Of a stretch of 64,000 bases of DNA, positions 18,048 through 25,960 are shown piece after piece. The notes under the pieces are model-generated. The model was not told the origin of the DNA and searched no databases. It was given only the letters and a program-made list of their open reading frames with translations. The translations under genes and the position numbers were made by a program. Source of the DNA: Candidatus Nomurabacteria bacterium (GTDB taxonomy: Bacteria > Patescibacteriota > Minisyncoccia > Phycocordibacterales > UBA5272). Where the stretch lies: positions 67,303-131,302 of the forward strand of contig JARIGQ010000004.1 in assembly GCA_029288775.1 (NCBI GenBank). The letters are read 5' to 3'. Within the stretch, counting starts at the first letter, position 1, and each line of letters begins with the position of its first letter.

Positions 18048-19785
18048 GTCTTCCACCGGCCTTACAGAAGATCAATTGCTTCGCTCACAAGATCGAGCGC
18101 ATGCGGTAATGCTCATTTGGTTTCTTGTTGCGCTTGTTATTCTCGGACGAGCGTTGTATGTACAAGTAATTAAACACGGATATTATGCAGATCTTGCCGA
18201 AAAACAATACGTTTCAAGTGCTCCGCCTTCCTTTGATAGAGGGGTGGTTTATTTTTCTCATAGAAACAAAGATCCGGTGCCCGTGGCGCAGCTTGCAAGC
18301 ACGTATCGTATTGCGCTTGATCCAAGTGCAATTGATGATCCTCAGGCGCTGTATGATTCGCTTTCTCGGTACTTGCGTTTAGATAAGGAAAGTTTTATTG
18401 CACGAGCAAGTAAGAAGGATGATCCATATGAAGAGATTGCCAAAGATGTTCCTGAAGAAACCGTGGGGCAGCTTCGTCTCCTTAAGCTCCAGGGGGTTAG
18501 TTTTGTAAAAGACAACAAGCGTTCGTATCCCGAAGGGGAGATAGGAGCAAAGGTTTTGGGCTTCGTGGGTAATAACGGCTTATCGGTACAAGGGCAATAT
18601 GGTATTGAGCGGTATTACAATGACGTTCTTTCAAGAACAGAAGGCGGTCCATCAGTGAATTTTTTTGCTGAATTATTTGCAGATATTGAAAAAACGAGCG
18701 TGTCCAACGCAGATCGCGACGAGGGCGACATAGTCCTTACGGTGGATGATGAAGTGGAGCGTGAACTCCACAAAGTACTCATAGAGACCAAAGAAACATG
18801 GCATTCAGATACTGTGGGTGGCATCGTGATGGATCCTAAAACCGGCGAGATTGTTGCTATGGATGCGCTCCCATCGTATGATCCAAATGCTTTTTCGAAT
18901 GTACAGGACGCAAGTCAATTTTTAAATCAAGATGTATCAGGAGTATATGAAATGGGAAGTATTATCAAACCTCTCACCATGGCGGCAGCACTCGATAGTG
19001 GTGCGGTAGATGAAAGTACTACTTATACCGATACGGGTTTTCGTGATCTGGATGGATATAAAGTAAGAAATTTTGACGGAAAGCCGCGCGGGCCTAATAC
19101 GTCCATGCAACGCATTTTGGATGAGTCGCTGAATGTGGGAATTGTATTTCTGGTTGAAAAAATGGGTATTAATACTTTTCAGGAATATTTCAAACGCTAT
19201 GGTCTTGGCCAAGAAACGGGTATTGATTTGCCTTCGGAGAGTTCGGGGCTTACTAAAAATTTGGATTCCAAAGTATTTGTGGATAACGCGACCGCAGGAT
19301 TCGGACAAGGTATCGCTATTACTCCCATTCAAACGATTCGTGCGCTTGCGGCGTTAGGGAATGGGGGGAAGTTAGTAAATCCGCATATTGTCGATTCAAT
19401 CATTTATGAAAACGGTACGGTAAAAAAGATCATTCCTGATCCTGCGGAGCAAGTATTGAATGCAAGTACAAGTGAACGCATTTCGCGCATGCTGGTTCAT
19501 GTCGTCGACACAGCTCTTGCTCACGGCGCGCGTAAAATGGATCACTATTCGATTGCGGCTAAGACGGGTACTGCCCAAGAGGCAAAGCCTGGAGGAGGCT
19601 ACTATGAGGATCGCTATCTGCACTCATTTTTTGGATATTTCCCGGCCTATGATCCCAAGTACATCATTTTCTTGTATCACACCAATCCAAAAGGTGCAGA
19701 ATACGCTTCAGCTACGCTCACTGATCCATTTTTTAAACTGGTGAAGTTTCTTATCTCCTATTATGAGATTCCACCTGATAGGTGA
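18037..19785 (+). CDS. ftsI: Penicillin-binding protein, FtsI-like transpeptidase
   Basis: GSIIKP SxxK, KTGTAQ KTG motif, N-terminal TM. Confidence 0.85.
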   Translation: MHDKSSTGLTEDQLLRSQDRAHAVMLIWFLVALVILGRALYVQVIKHGYYADLAEKQYVSSAPPSFDRGVVYFSHRNKDPVPVAQLASTYRIALDPSAIDDPQALYDSLSRYLRLDKESFIARASKKDDPYEEIAKDVPEETVGQLRLLKLQGVSFVKDNKRSYPEGEIGAKVLGFVGNNGLSVQGQYGIERYYNDVLSRTEGGPSVNFFAELFADIEKTSVSNADRDEGDIVLTVDDEVERELHKVLIETKETWHSDTVGGIVMDPKTGEIVAMDALPSYDPNAFSNVQDASQFLNQDVSGVYEMGSIIKPLTMAAALDSGAVDESTTYTDTGFRDLDGYKVRNFDGKPRGPNTSMQRILDESLNVGIVFLVEKMGINTFQEYFKRYGLGQETGIDLPSESSGLTKNLDSKVFVDNATAGFGQGIAITPIQTIRALAALGNGGKLVNPHIVDSIIYENGTVKKIIPDPAEQVLNASTSERISRMLVHVVDTALAHGARKMDHYSIAAKTGTAQEAKPGGGYYEDRYLHSFFGYFPAYDPKYIIFLYHTNPKGAEYASATLTDPFFKLVKFLISYYEIPPDR

Positions 19786-19791
19786 TAGTAT
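19783..19791 (+). promoter_or_regulatory. Extended -10 TGaTAGTAT, 6 nt before the methyltransferase ATG
   Basis: TGnTAnnnT. Confidence 0.35.
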
Positions 19792-19797
19792 CGAGAT

Positions 19798-20604
19798 ATG
19801 AACAAGCCTCCACACAAAACTCGTACAGGTAAGCAAGCTAAAGACACTTCGTGGGGCAAGGTGTCGGAATGGTACGACAAGCATTTGGAACACAATGACG
19901 ATACGTATCATGCCAAAGTTGTGCATCCTAATCTCTTGAAGATGTTGGGCGAGGTACAAGGAAAGAAAATGCTTGACCTGGCTTGCGGACAGGGGATCTT
20001 TTCACGTCTCCTTGCAGACAAAGGCGCGCACGTTGTCGGTGTTGATCTTGGTAAGGAATTAATTGAGCTTGCCGAAAAGAAGAACAAGGACTATGCATTT
20101 CGAGTGCATTATTTTCATGGGGCTTCAGACGACCTGTACATGATAAAAGATGGCACCATCGATACGGCAGTGTGTGTGCTTGCGATACAGAATATCGAAA
20201 AGCTTCAGGAAACATTTCAAGAAGTGTCTCGCGTATTGAAAACAGGAGGTCGATTTTTTCTCGTACTCAATCATCCTGCATTTAGAAATCCTAAGCATAC
20301 GCATTGGGGATATGACGAACAAGCAAATATTCAATATCGTCGCGTGGATGAATACATAAGTGAGTCGAAAGTAAAAATCGATATGACGCCTGGATCTCAA
20401 ACGGACAAGAAGTTTACCGTCTCCTTCCATCGACCGCTTCAGGTATATGTAAAAGCACTTGGAAAGCATAAGCTCGCCATAACAGGGCTTCAGGAATGGG
20501 TATCACACAAGAAAAGCGAACGCGGCCCGCGTGCGGAAGCGGAAGACAAATCTCGTAAGGAAATCCCACTTTTTATGGCTCTTGAAGCAATCAAACTGGC
20601 TTAG
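19798..20604 (+). CDS. Class I SAM-dependent methyltransferase
   Basis: LDLACGQG glycine-rich motif I, acidic D of motif II. Confidence 0.8.
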   Translation: MNKPPHKTRTGKQAKDTSWGKVSEWYDKHLEHNDDTYHAKVVHPNLLKMLGEVQGKKMLDLACGQGIFSRLLADKGAHVVGVDLGKELIELAEKKNKDYAFRVHYFHGASDDLYMIKDGTIDTAVCVLAIQNIEKLQETFQEVSRVLKTGGRFFLVLNHPAFRNPKHTHWGYDEQANIQYRRVDEYISESKVKIDMTPGSQTDKKFTVSFHRPLQVYVKALGKHKLAITGLQEWVSHKKSERGPRAEAEDKSRKEIPLFMALEAIKLA

Positions 20605-20610
20605 TGATTG

Positions 20611-20619
20611 TGATATACT
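20611..20619 (+). promoter_or_regulatory. Extended -10 TGaTATACT upstream of the dsbA-like gene
   Basis: TGnTATACT 8 nt before the ATG at 20628. Confidence 0.4.
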
Positions 20620-20627
20620 GGAGGTCT

Positions 20628-21296
20628 ATGCGACTTTCACATTTCATGAAGACAACAGAGGGTAAGGCGGTGACATTTGTGGTTGTGGTCATTGTTTTGG
20701 CTTTTGCTTATTATTTTTATGCTATGAATAAAAATGGTAGCGCGACTGCGGTAAGTGAGCCGGTTGTTACCCAAAGTGACCATGTTCGTGGCAATTTGTC
20801 CGGAACGGTGACACTTGTTGAATTTGGCGATATTCAGTGTCCGGCTTGTGGTGCATACGAACCGATTGTTCGCCAGGTGACTGCGGATAATGCTTCTTCG
20901 CTTAAGGTTGTATTTAAGCATTTCCCACTCACACAAATTCACCAGAATGCGCTCCTTGCTGCAAAAGCATCAGAAGCTGCAAGCAATCAGGGCAAGTTCT
21001 GGGAAATGCATGACATCATGTATGACAATCAGAATGAATGGTCAGAATCCCTTTCGGCTCGGGATTTCATCATGAATTATGCTCAGAAAATTGGATTGGA
21101 TATGAATAAGTTTAAGACAGATCTTGATAGTTCAGCAGTTGCGGATAAGATCATGGCGGACTACAAGGAAGGAGTTGCGCTTGGAGTGCAAGGAACTCCG
21201 ACATTTTTCGTAAACGGCAAGAAGATCGACAATCCTTCGTCATTAGAAGCGTTCGATCAAATAATTCGTGATGCAGCAAAAACAAGTACTAAATAA
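20628..21296 (+). CDS. DsbA-family thiol:disulfide oxidoreductase with N-terminal TM anchor
   Basis: CPAC CxxC motif in a thioredoxin fold; start moved to the ATG at 20628. Confidence 0.75.
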   Translation: MRLSHFMKTTEGKAVTFVVVVIVLAFAYYFYAMNKNGSATAVSEPVVTQSDHVRGNLSGTVTLVEFGDIQCPACGAYEPIVRQVTADNASSLKVVFKHFPLTQIHQNALLAAKASEAASNQGKFWEMHDIMYDNQNEWSESLSARDFIMNYAQKIGLDMNKFKTDLDSSAVADKIMADYKEGVALGVQGTPTFFVNGKKIDNPSSLEAFDQIIRDAAKTSTK

Positions 21297-21298
21297 CT

Positions 21299-21529
21299 AT
21301 GATCAAGGAATTTTTACTCAGACAAGCAGTTAAGCATGGTACGAAAGACCTTCCTAAAGAGCAGGCAGAAATGCTTCAAAAAGCGGTAGATAAGAATCCC
21401 GAACTTTTTGGAAAAATAGCCAAGGAAATCGAGGAGCTCAAAAAACAGGGTAAGCCGGAAATGTATGCCGCGCTTGATGTGATGAAAAAGTATCAGAAAG
21501 AATTGCAGCAAGCGATGACTGCAAACTAG
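21299..21529 (+). CDS. Hypothetical small helical, lysine-rich protein
   Basis: ORF only. Confidence 0.4.
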   Translation: MIKEFLLRQAVKHGTKDLPKEQAEMLQKAVDKNPELFGKIAKEIEELKKQGKPEMYAALDVMKKYQKELQQAMTAN

Positions 21530-21637
21530 TAAAAGTATTTCATCTGCTTTGTCGCTACGGAATTTTTCTCAGTTAATGTAGACCCATCTAGGTCTCCTTC
21601 GAAAAATTCCTAGACTTCTCGGATCCAAAACACTTTT
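21529..21637 (+). ncRNA. Structured ~110-nt repeat element, copy 1 (candidate novel ncRNA or 3'UTR structural element)
   Basis: About 80% identical to 33822-33934; internal perfect 10-bp inverted repeat GGAATTTTTC/GAAAAATTCC; outer stem with compensatory change. Confidence 0.5.
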
Positions 21638-21660
21638 CCAAGTTTGTCGGACAGAGAATG

Positions 21661-21692
21661 AAAAAAGCCACGCATGAGTGCGCGGCTTTGAC
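21661..21692. terminator. Intrinsic terminator downstream of repeat copy 1
   Basis: GCCACGCA-TGAG-TGCGCGGC hairpin followed by TTTG and preceded by an A-run. Confidence 0.55.
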
Positions 21693-21743
21693 CAAGAAGA
21701 AATCAGTGTACAAACTTCTATGATGGAAGAAAGATGAAAAGCG

Positions 21744-21752
21744 TGATAAGAT
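21744..21752 (+). promoter_or_regulatory. Extended -10 TGaTAAGAT, 9 nt before the ychF ATG
   Basis: TGnTAnnnT. Confidence 0.4.
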
Positions 21753-21761
21753 CGGAAGACT

Positions 21762-22859
21762 ATGTCTCTCTCTATCGGTATTGTCGGTCTTCCAAACGTG
21801 GGCAAGTCCACACTTTTTAATGCGCTTACCAAGAAATCTGTTCCTGCGGACAATTATCCATTTTGTACAATCGATCCGTCCGTGGGGATTGTGCCCGTGC
21901 CAGACCCTCGCCTTGAAGTGCTTTCGAAGATGTCAGGATCCAAAAAAATTATTCCGGCAGTCGTTGAGTTTGTTGATATTGCAGGACTCGTAAAAGGCGC
22001 AAGCGAAGGTCAGGGGCTCGGCAATCAATTTCTTTCTCATATTCGCGAGACTGATGCGATTGCAGAAGTGGTGCGTATCTATGAAAACGCCGATCTTATC
22101 CATGTGGAAGGTACAGTAGATCCGCTTCGGGATATCGATATCATCAACATGGAGCTTATATTGGCAGATATGCAGACTGTTGAGAAGCGATCGCAAACCA
22201 TTGGTCGCGATGTAAAGCAGGGGAAGCCCGAAGCAATCAAGCTTTCAGGTATTTTGGATACGCTTAAGAAAACGTTTGATGAAGGCAAGCTTGCCAACTC
22301 TGTATCGTTTGATGAAGAAGAAATGAAACTGGTGCGCGATCTTCATCTTATTACGATGAAGCCTTTTTTGTATGTACTTAACAAACAGTCAGGTGGGAAG
22401 AACCTAGACGAGATCAATGATGAGCGTTTTCAGAAGCTCATGCAGTATTTCAAGGATAATATGTATCACTATGTCATCGTGGATGCCAAGATCGAAGACG
22501 AACTTAAGGAATTTGAAGGTGAAGAAAAAGACTTGATGCGCAAAGAAATGAATGCGCACGATAACGGTGTGGATACTCTTATCAAGGCTGGATACGATTT
22601 GCTTGGACTTGATACCTATCTCACGACAGGGGAGATGGAAACCCGCGCGTGGACTATCAAAAAAGGCTCTACTGCTCCCCGTGCTGCAGCTGCCATTCAC
22701 ACAGACTTTGAGCAGAAGTTCATTCGCGCCGAAGTGGTTGCCTATGATGACCTAGTCGCTGCAGGTTCAATGGCTGAAGCGCGAAATAAAGGAACACTCC
22801 GTACGGAAGGTAAGGAATATATAGTAAAAGACGGCGACGTTATAGAATTTAAGATATAA
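21762..22859 (+). CDS. ychF: Ribosome-binding ATPase YchF (Obg-family GTPase)
   Basis: GIVGLPNVGKSTLFNALT G1 motif, TGS C-terminal domain. Confidence 0.93.
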   Translation: MSLSIGIVGLPNVGKSTLFNALTKKSVPADNYPFCTIDPSVGIVPVPDPRLEVLSKMSGSKKIIPAVVEFVDIAGLVKGASEGQGLGNQFLSHIRETDAIAEVVRIYENADLIHVEGTVDPLRDIDIINMELILADMQTVEKRSQTIGRDVKQGKPEAIKLSGILDTLKKTFDEGKLANSVSFDEEEMKLVRDLHLITMKPFLYVLNKQSGGKNLDEINDERFQKLMQYFKDNMYHYVIVDAKIEDELKEFEGEEKDLMRKEMNAHDNGVDTLIKAGYDLLGLDTYLTTGEMETRAWTIKKGSTAPRAAAAIHTDFEQKFIRAEVVAYDDLVAAGSMAEARNKGTLRTEGKEYIVKDGDVIEFKI

Positions 22860-22888
22860 AAAGCCGCCCCTCGAGGGCGGCTTTGGGT
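22858..22888. terminator. Bidirectional intrinsic terminator
   Basis: GCCGCCCCTCGAGGGCGGC followed by TTTGGG. Confidence 0.65.
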
Positions 22889-22913
22889 GGGTTCGCAAAA
22901 ACGAACCTATATC

Positions 22914-23459
22914 TCAACTGGGATGGCGAGGATCGTAGACGAACTGAAAGCAGAGATTTCCCAAAGCATCAATCATGAGCTGTTTGAGCGTCTCATATTG
23001 CTGATCGGTAGGTGGTGCCTTACGGTCAGAAAATGCGACTATTGCTCGTTGATTGGTTGCATGAGATCCTGTGATCTTGATAAGTCGGTAGGCGCGGCTT
23101 TTCCCTTTTTCTTCCACATACAGGGCACGGCACTTGTCATGATCCATGCTGCTGTACATTGGGAGATACTTCCCTTCATCATCAATGAACCCGCGATAAA
23201 TGGAAAACACGGGGTTGTAATGCCGAGGAAAGGTAATCTTGGAATAGCTGCCAGGCGTAAGCTCGCGCACAATTCCAAGCAGTCGATTGCTTATCTCCTC
23301 TATCAGTTCTTCATGGCGATTCACGTATGTGCAAAAAGAACAGCCGACGCATCCACCTTTTTCGGCAAACATTCTTGCCATGCGAATATTGCTTAATCCA
23401 TGCAATCTGGCCAGTGTGATGGCTTCCCAGTACCAATTAATGTGCTTCTGTTCTAGCAA
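22914..23459 (-). CDS. Hypothetical cysteine-cluster protein
   Basis: CVGCSFC motif plus additional Cys/His; the - strand is preferred over the overlapping + ORF. Confidence 0.45.
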   Translation of the reverse strand: MLEQKHINWYWEAITLARLHGLSNIRMARMFAEKGGCVGCSFCTYVNRHEELIEEISNRLLGIVRELTPGSYSKITFPRHYNPVFSIYRGFIDDEGKYLPMYSSMDHDKCRALYVEEKGKSRAYRLIKITGSHATNQRAIVAFSDRKAPPTDQQYETLKQLMIDALGNLCFQFVYDPRHPS

Positions 23460-23552
23460 GAGTTACTCCCTTCTTGGCTTAGATTCCCAGGTAAAGACGT
23501 GGATGGAGGCCTAGCCATTACAGGAGTATGTTCGGTATACTAAAACCTACAT

Positions 23553-24002
23553 ATGTATATCCTCTACGCCCTTCTCGGTGCAATTATGGCTTCGGTAGGG
23601 ACTATCGCAGCAAAAGCAGGCCTCAAAGGGATTGATAGTAATCTCCTTACTTCCCTTCGCGGTATTTTTATGGCAGTCATAGTAACGGTTGCTGCCCTTT
23701 CATTTGGCAAATTGACCACGAGCGGTATTTCTCTACTCACTCCTAGAAATTGGTTTTTTATTACTCTTTCTGCCCTAGGAGGAGCCTTGTCTTGGATATT
23801 CTTTTATCAAGCGTTGGCGGGAGGTCCAACAGTTGCGGTGACGGTGATTGATAGACTCTCGCTTGTCTTTACGGCGCTCTTAGCTCTTTTTGTGTTGTCA
23901 GAAGGAATTACTCTGCAAGCCGGGATTGGATTACTCCTTGTAACTTTAGGCACACTCCTTGTAGCAGTGCCCTATCAAACTTTTATTGCTTTATTCAAAT
24001 AA
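23553..24002 (+). CDS. EamA/DMT-superfamily small membrane transporter (4 TM)
   Basis: Four hydrophobic helices, EamA-like. Confidence 0.6.
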   Translation: MYILYALLGAIMASVGTIAAKAGLKGIDSNLLTSLRGIFMAVIVTVAALSFGKLTTSGISLLTPRNWFFITLSALGGALSWIFFYQALAGGPTVAVTVIDRLSLVFTALLALFVLSEGITLQAGIGLLLVTLGTLLVAVPYQTFIALFK

Positions 24003-24003
24003 C

Positions 24004-25377
24004 ATGAGCGCATTAAAACTTTTATTTTCGAGTATCGTTTTAGTTGTTAGTTCCTTTTTTAGTGCGCAAGCCCCACAACCTGCAACGAGTGTACCTGTAG
24101 CTCCTCAGGAAACGGCTACAACTTCGGTGCACGTAGAGGAAAATGCAAGCACCATACCCGAAGAGAGGACAAGGGGCGAAGTGAATGTTACTTCAATAAA
24201 TATTTCCCCAGCTACTTCTCCACAACGCACCCAAACACTAAAAGCATCTTCCACTTCTTCTTCTGTTACTTCCTATGCAAATGGTGTTCATGTGTATTCT
24301 GATGAAGAACTTTTAAAAATGGCAGGTAATCCCTATGCAAACGGGGAAGTTCCTTTAGGAGACGGTAAGTACACAACCACAGAACCTAAAAAAGGATATA
24401 TTTATCTCTGTAATGTACATAAGGAAAATGTGGGCTCCGATCAGAACGGTCCGTGGATTCATGGGAGCACATGGAATTTCTTAAGTAAGTATGTTGTATC
24501 TGGGTCGGTATCGTGGCCAAACGCGCTTTTCTCAAACATCATCTCCGGGGCATATCGCATTCTTTCGGGAAATGATTTACCAATTAATCACACAACAGGC
24601 AGTTTCCCTGTTTCTTCTTCGGACAAGGTGTATCAGTATGACAAGAATCCAAATATCATTTCCTCTCAAACAATAAAAGATACAGTTCCAGCAGAGCCGA
24701 CATATTCAGCTACTCCATATTGTATGGGAGGAGAAGCTGGCATTATGCTTTCCGGAGTGGCGTTATTTAACGGACTAGATGCTCCACTTCGCGATGCACC
24801 CGCACATGAGGCTCAGGATAGTTGCGCTGGTCACCCGCAAGAAAGTGGCGAATACCATTATCATTCACTAAGTCCATGTTTCAAGGATATTGGCATCAAG
24901 ACAGTGCTTGGGTATGCGCTTGATGGATTTCCAATTACCGGGCCGCAAGTGGCGAAAGATACATATATAACGACACAGAACCTGGATGAATGCCATGGTC
25001 TGGTAAGCGAGATTGTGGTGGACGGGAAAAAGAAAGTTACCTATCACTATGTCATGACACAGGATTATCCATACTCGGTATCATGTTTTCGCGGCAAACC
25101 AAGTTCCACTGGTCCTTCTGTACAAGTAAAGCAAACGGTAAAAGCGCAGCCTTCACAAGGTACACAATCACAATCTTCGGGAAATATTCAGTCTCCCATG
25201 AGTCAATCTCCAAGCGGGGCTCCGCAAATGAGTGGAGGAACACCACCAACTCCGCCCCAAGAAGCGCAAGATGTATGTGATGAAAAGGATGAAGGTGAGA
25301 GTTGTACGGTTGGTGGACAAATGACTGGAACATGTAGAACTGTTGGTGAGTATTTTGCTTGCATACCGAATAGGTAA
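24004..25377 (+). CDS. Secreted YHYH-motif protein with Ser/Gln/Pro-rich and Cys-rich C-terminus
   Basis: Signal peptide MSALKLLFSSIVLVVSSFFSAQA; YHYHSLSPCF and TYHYVMTQDYPYSVSCF motifs. Confidence 0.6.
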   Translation: MSALKLLFSSIVLVVSSFFSAQAPQPATSVPVAPQETATTSVHVEENASTIPEERTRGEVNVTSINISPATSPQRTQTLKASSTSSSVTSYANGVHVYSDEELLKMAGNPYANGEVPLGDGKYTTTEPKKGYIYLCNVHKENVGSDQNGPWIHGSTWNFLSKYVVSGSVSWPNALFSNIISGAYRILSGNDLPINHTTGSFPVSSSDKVYQYDKNPNIISSQTIKDTVPAEPTYSATPYCMGGEAGIMLSGVALFNGLDAPLRDAPAHEAQDSCAGHPQESGEYHYHSLSPCFKDIGIKTVLGYALDGFPITGPQVAKDTYITTQNLDECHGLVSEIVVDGKKKVTYHYVMTQDYPYSVSCFRGKPSSTGPSVQVKQTVKAQPSQGTQSQSSGNIQSPMSQSPSGAPQMSGGTPPTPPQEAQDVCDEKDEGESCTVGGQMTGTCRTVGEYFACIPNR

Positions 25378-25475
25378 GGGAGTACACTGAACACGCCCGA
25401 AAAGGGCACTTCAACTGTCGGAGTTTTCTCGGCCTACCGGCCGTCGGACGCTTCGCCCTTTTGGAGCAATTGCCT

Positions 25476-25509
25476 TGAAGCGTCACCATCTGGTGACGCT
25501 CTTTTTTTG
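25476..25509 (+). terminator. Intrinsic terminator after the YHYH gene
   Basis: AGCGTCACCATCTGGTGACGCT followed by a T8 run. Confidence 0.75.
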
Positions 25510-25553
25510 CAACAGAACACCTTCCAAAGCGTCTTCTTAGATGGAGGTGCACC

Positions 25554-25916
25554 ATGGAAAAGCAATTTATGAATCCGCTTGCGCATATTGTAGAGCGGAT
25601 GGTAGCAAACCATTTGTTCTTCAATTTAAAAGACGCAGAGATGATTTTTGCAACCGTGTCGGAGGCAAAGGAGAAGCTTCCTCAGTCAGATTGGAAATAC
25701 ATCCTTTTTTTTCTCATTCAGAAAATAAGCGAGTTTCCGCCGAGCACACCGCTTAATGTTCGACTGAATTTCGTGCTTCAATTTAAGAAACTTTTTGAAT
25801 TGAATGCCGAAGGGGTATTCCCGGAAGATGAGATTCATGAAGCTTCTCTTGATCGCAAGCATGGTCGTGAACGTCTTGCTCGTGTCGTGTTTACAGTTTC
25901 TCAGTCCTTGTTTTGA
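25554..25916 (+). CDS. Hypothetical protein (GGAGG SD 6 nt upstream)
   Basis: ORF with canonical SD. Confidence 0.45.
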   Translation: MEKQFMNPLAHIVERMVANHLFFNLKDAEMIFATVSEAKEKLPQSDWKYILFFLIQKISEFPPSTPLNVRLNFVLQFKKLFELNAEGVFPEDEIHEASLDRKHGRERLARVVFTVSQSLF

Positions 25917-25946
25917 ATGCCGCGAAAGCGGCGTTTTTTGTTTTTT
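25917..25946 (+). terminator. Intrinsic terminator
   Basis: GCCGCGAAAGCGGC followed by TTTTTTGTTTTTT. Confidence 0.7.
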
Positions 25947-25954
25947 GCTATAAT
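25946..25954 (+). promoter_or_regulatory. Extended -10 TGcTATAAT, 6 nt before the alaS ATG (leaderless)
   Basis: Perfect TGnTATAAT. Confidence 0.5.
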
Positions 25955-25960
25955 CAGCAA

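Noticed and set aside
22887-23396. + strand 169-aa ORF overlapping the 22914..23459 - strand ORF
   Set aside because: It starts inside the ychF terminator. The - strand ORF is longer and its far end has a plausible start context. The choice is held at low confidence.
25385-25470. GC-rich stretch with short hairpins between the YHYH gene and its terminator (candidate SRP/4.5S RNA)
   Set aside because: It lacks the conserved SRP domain IV GGAAGCAGCC motif and is too short and irregular. It is probably 3'UTR.
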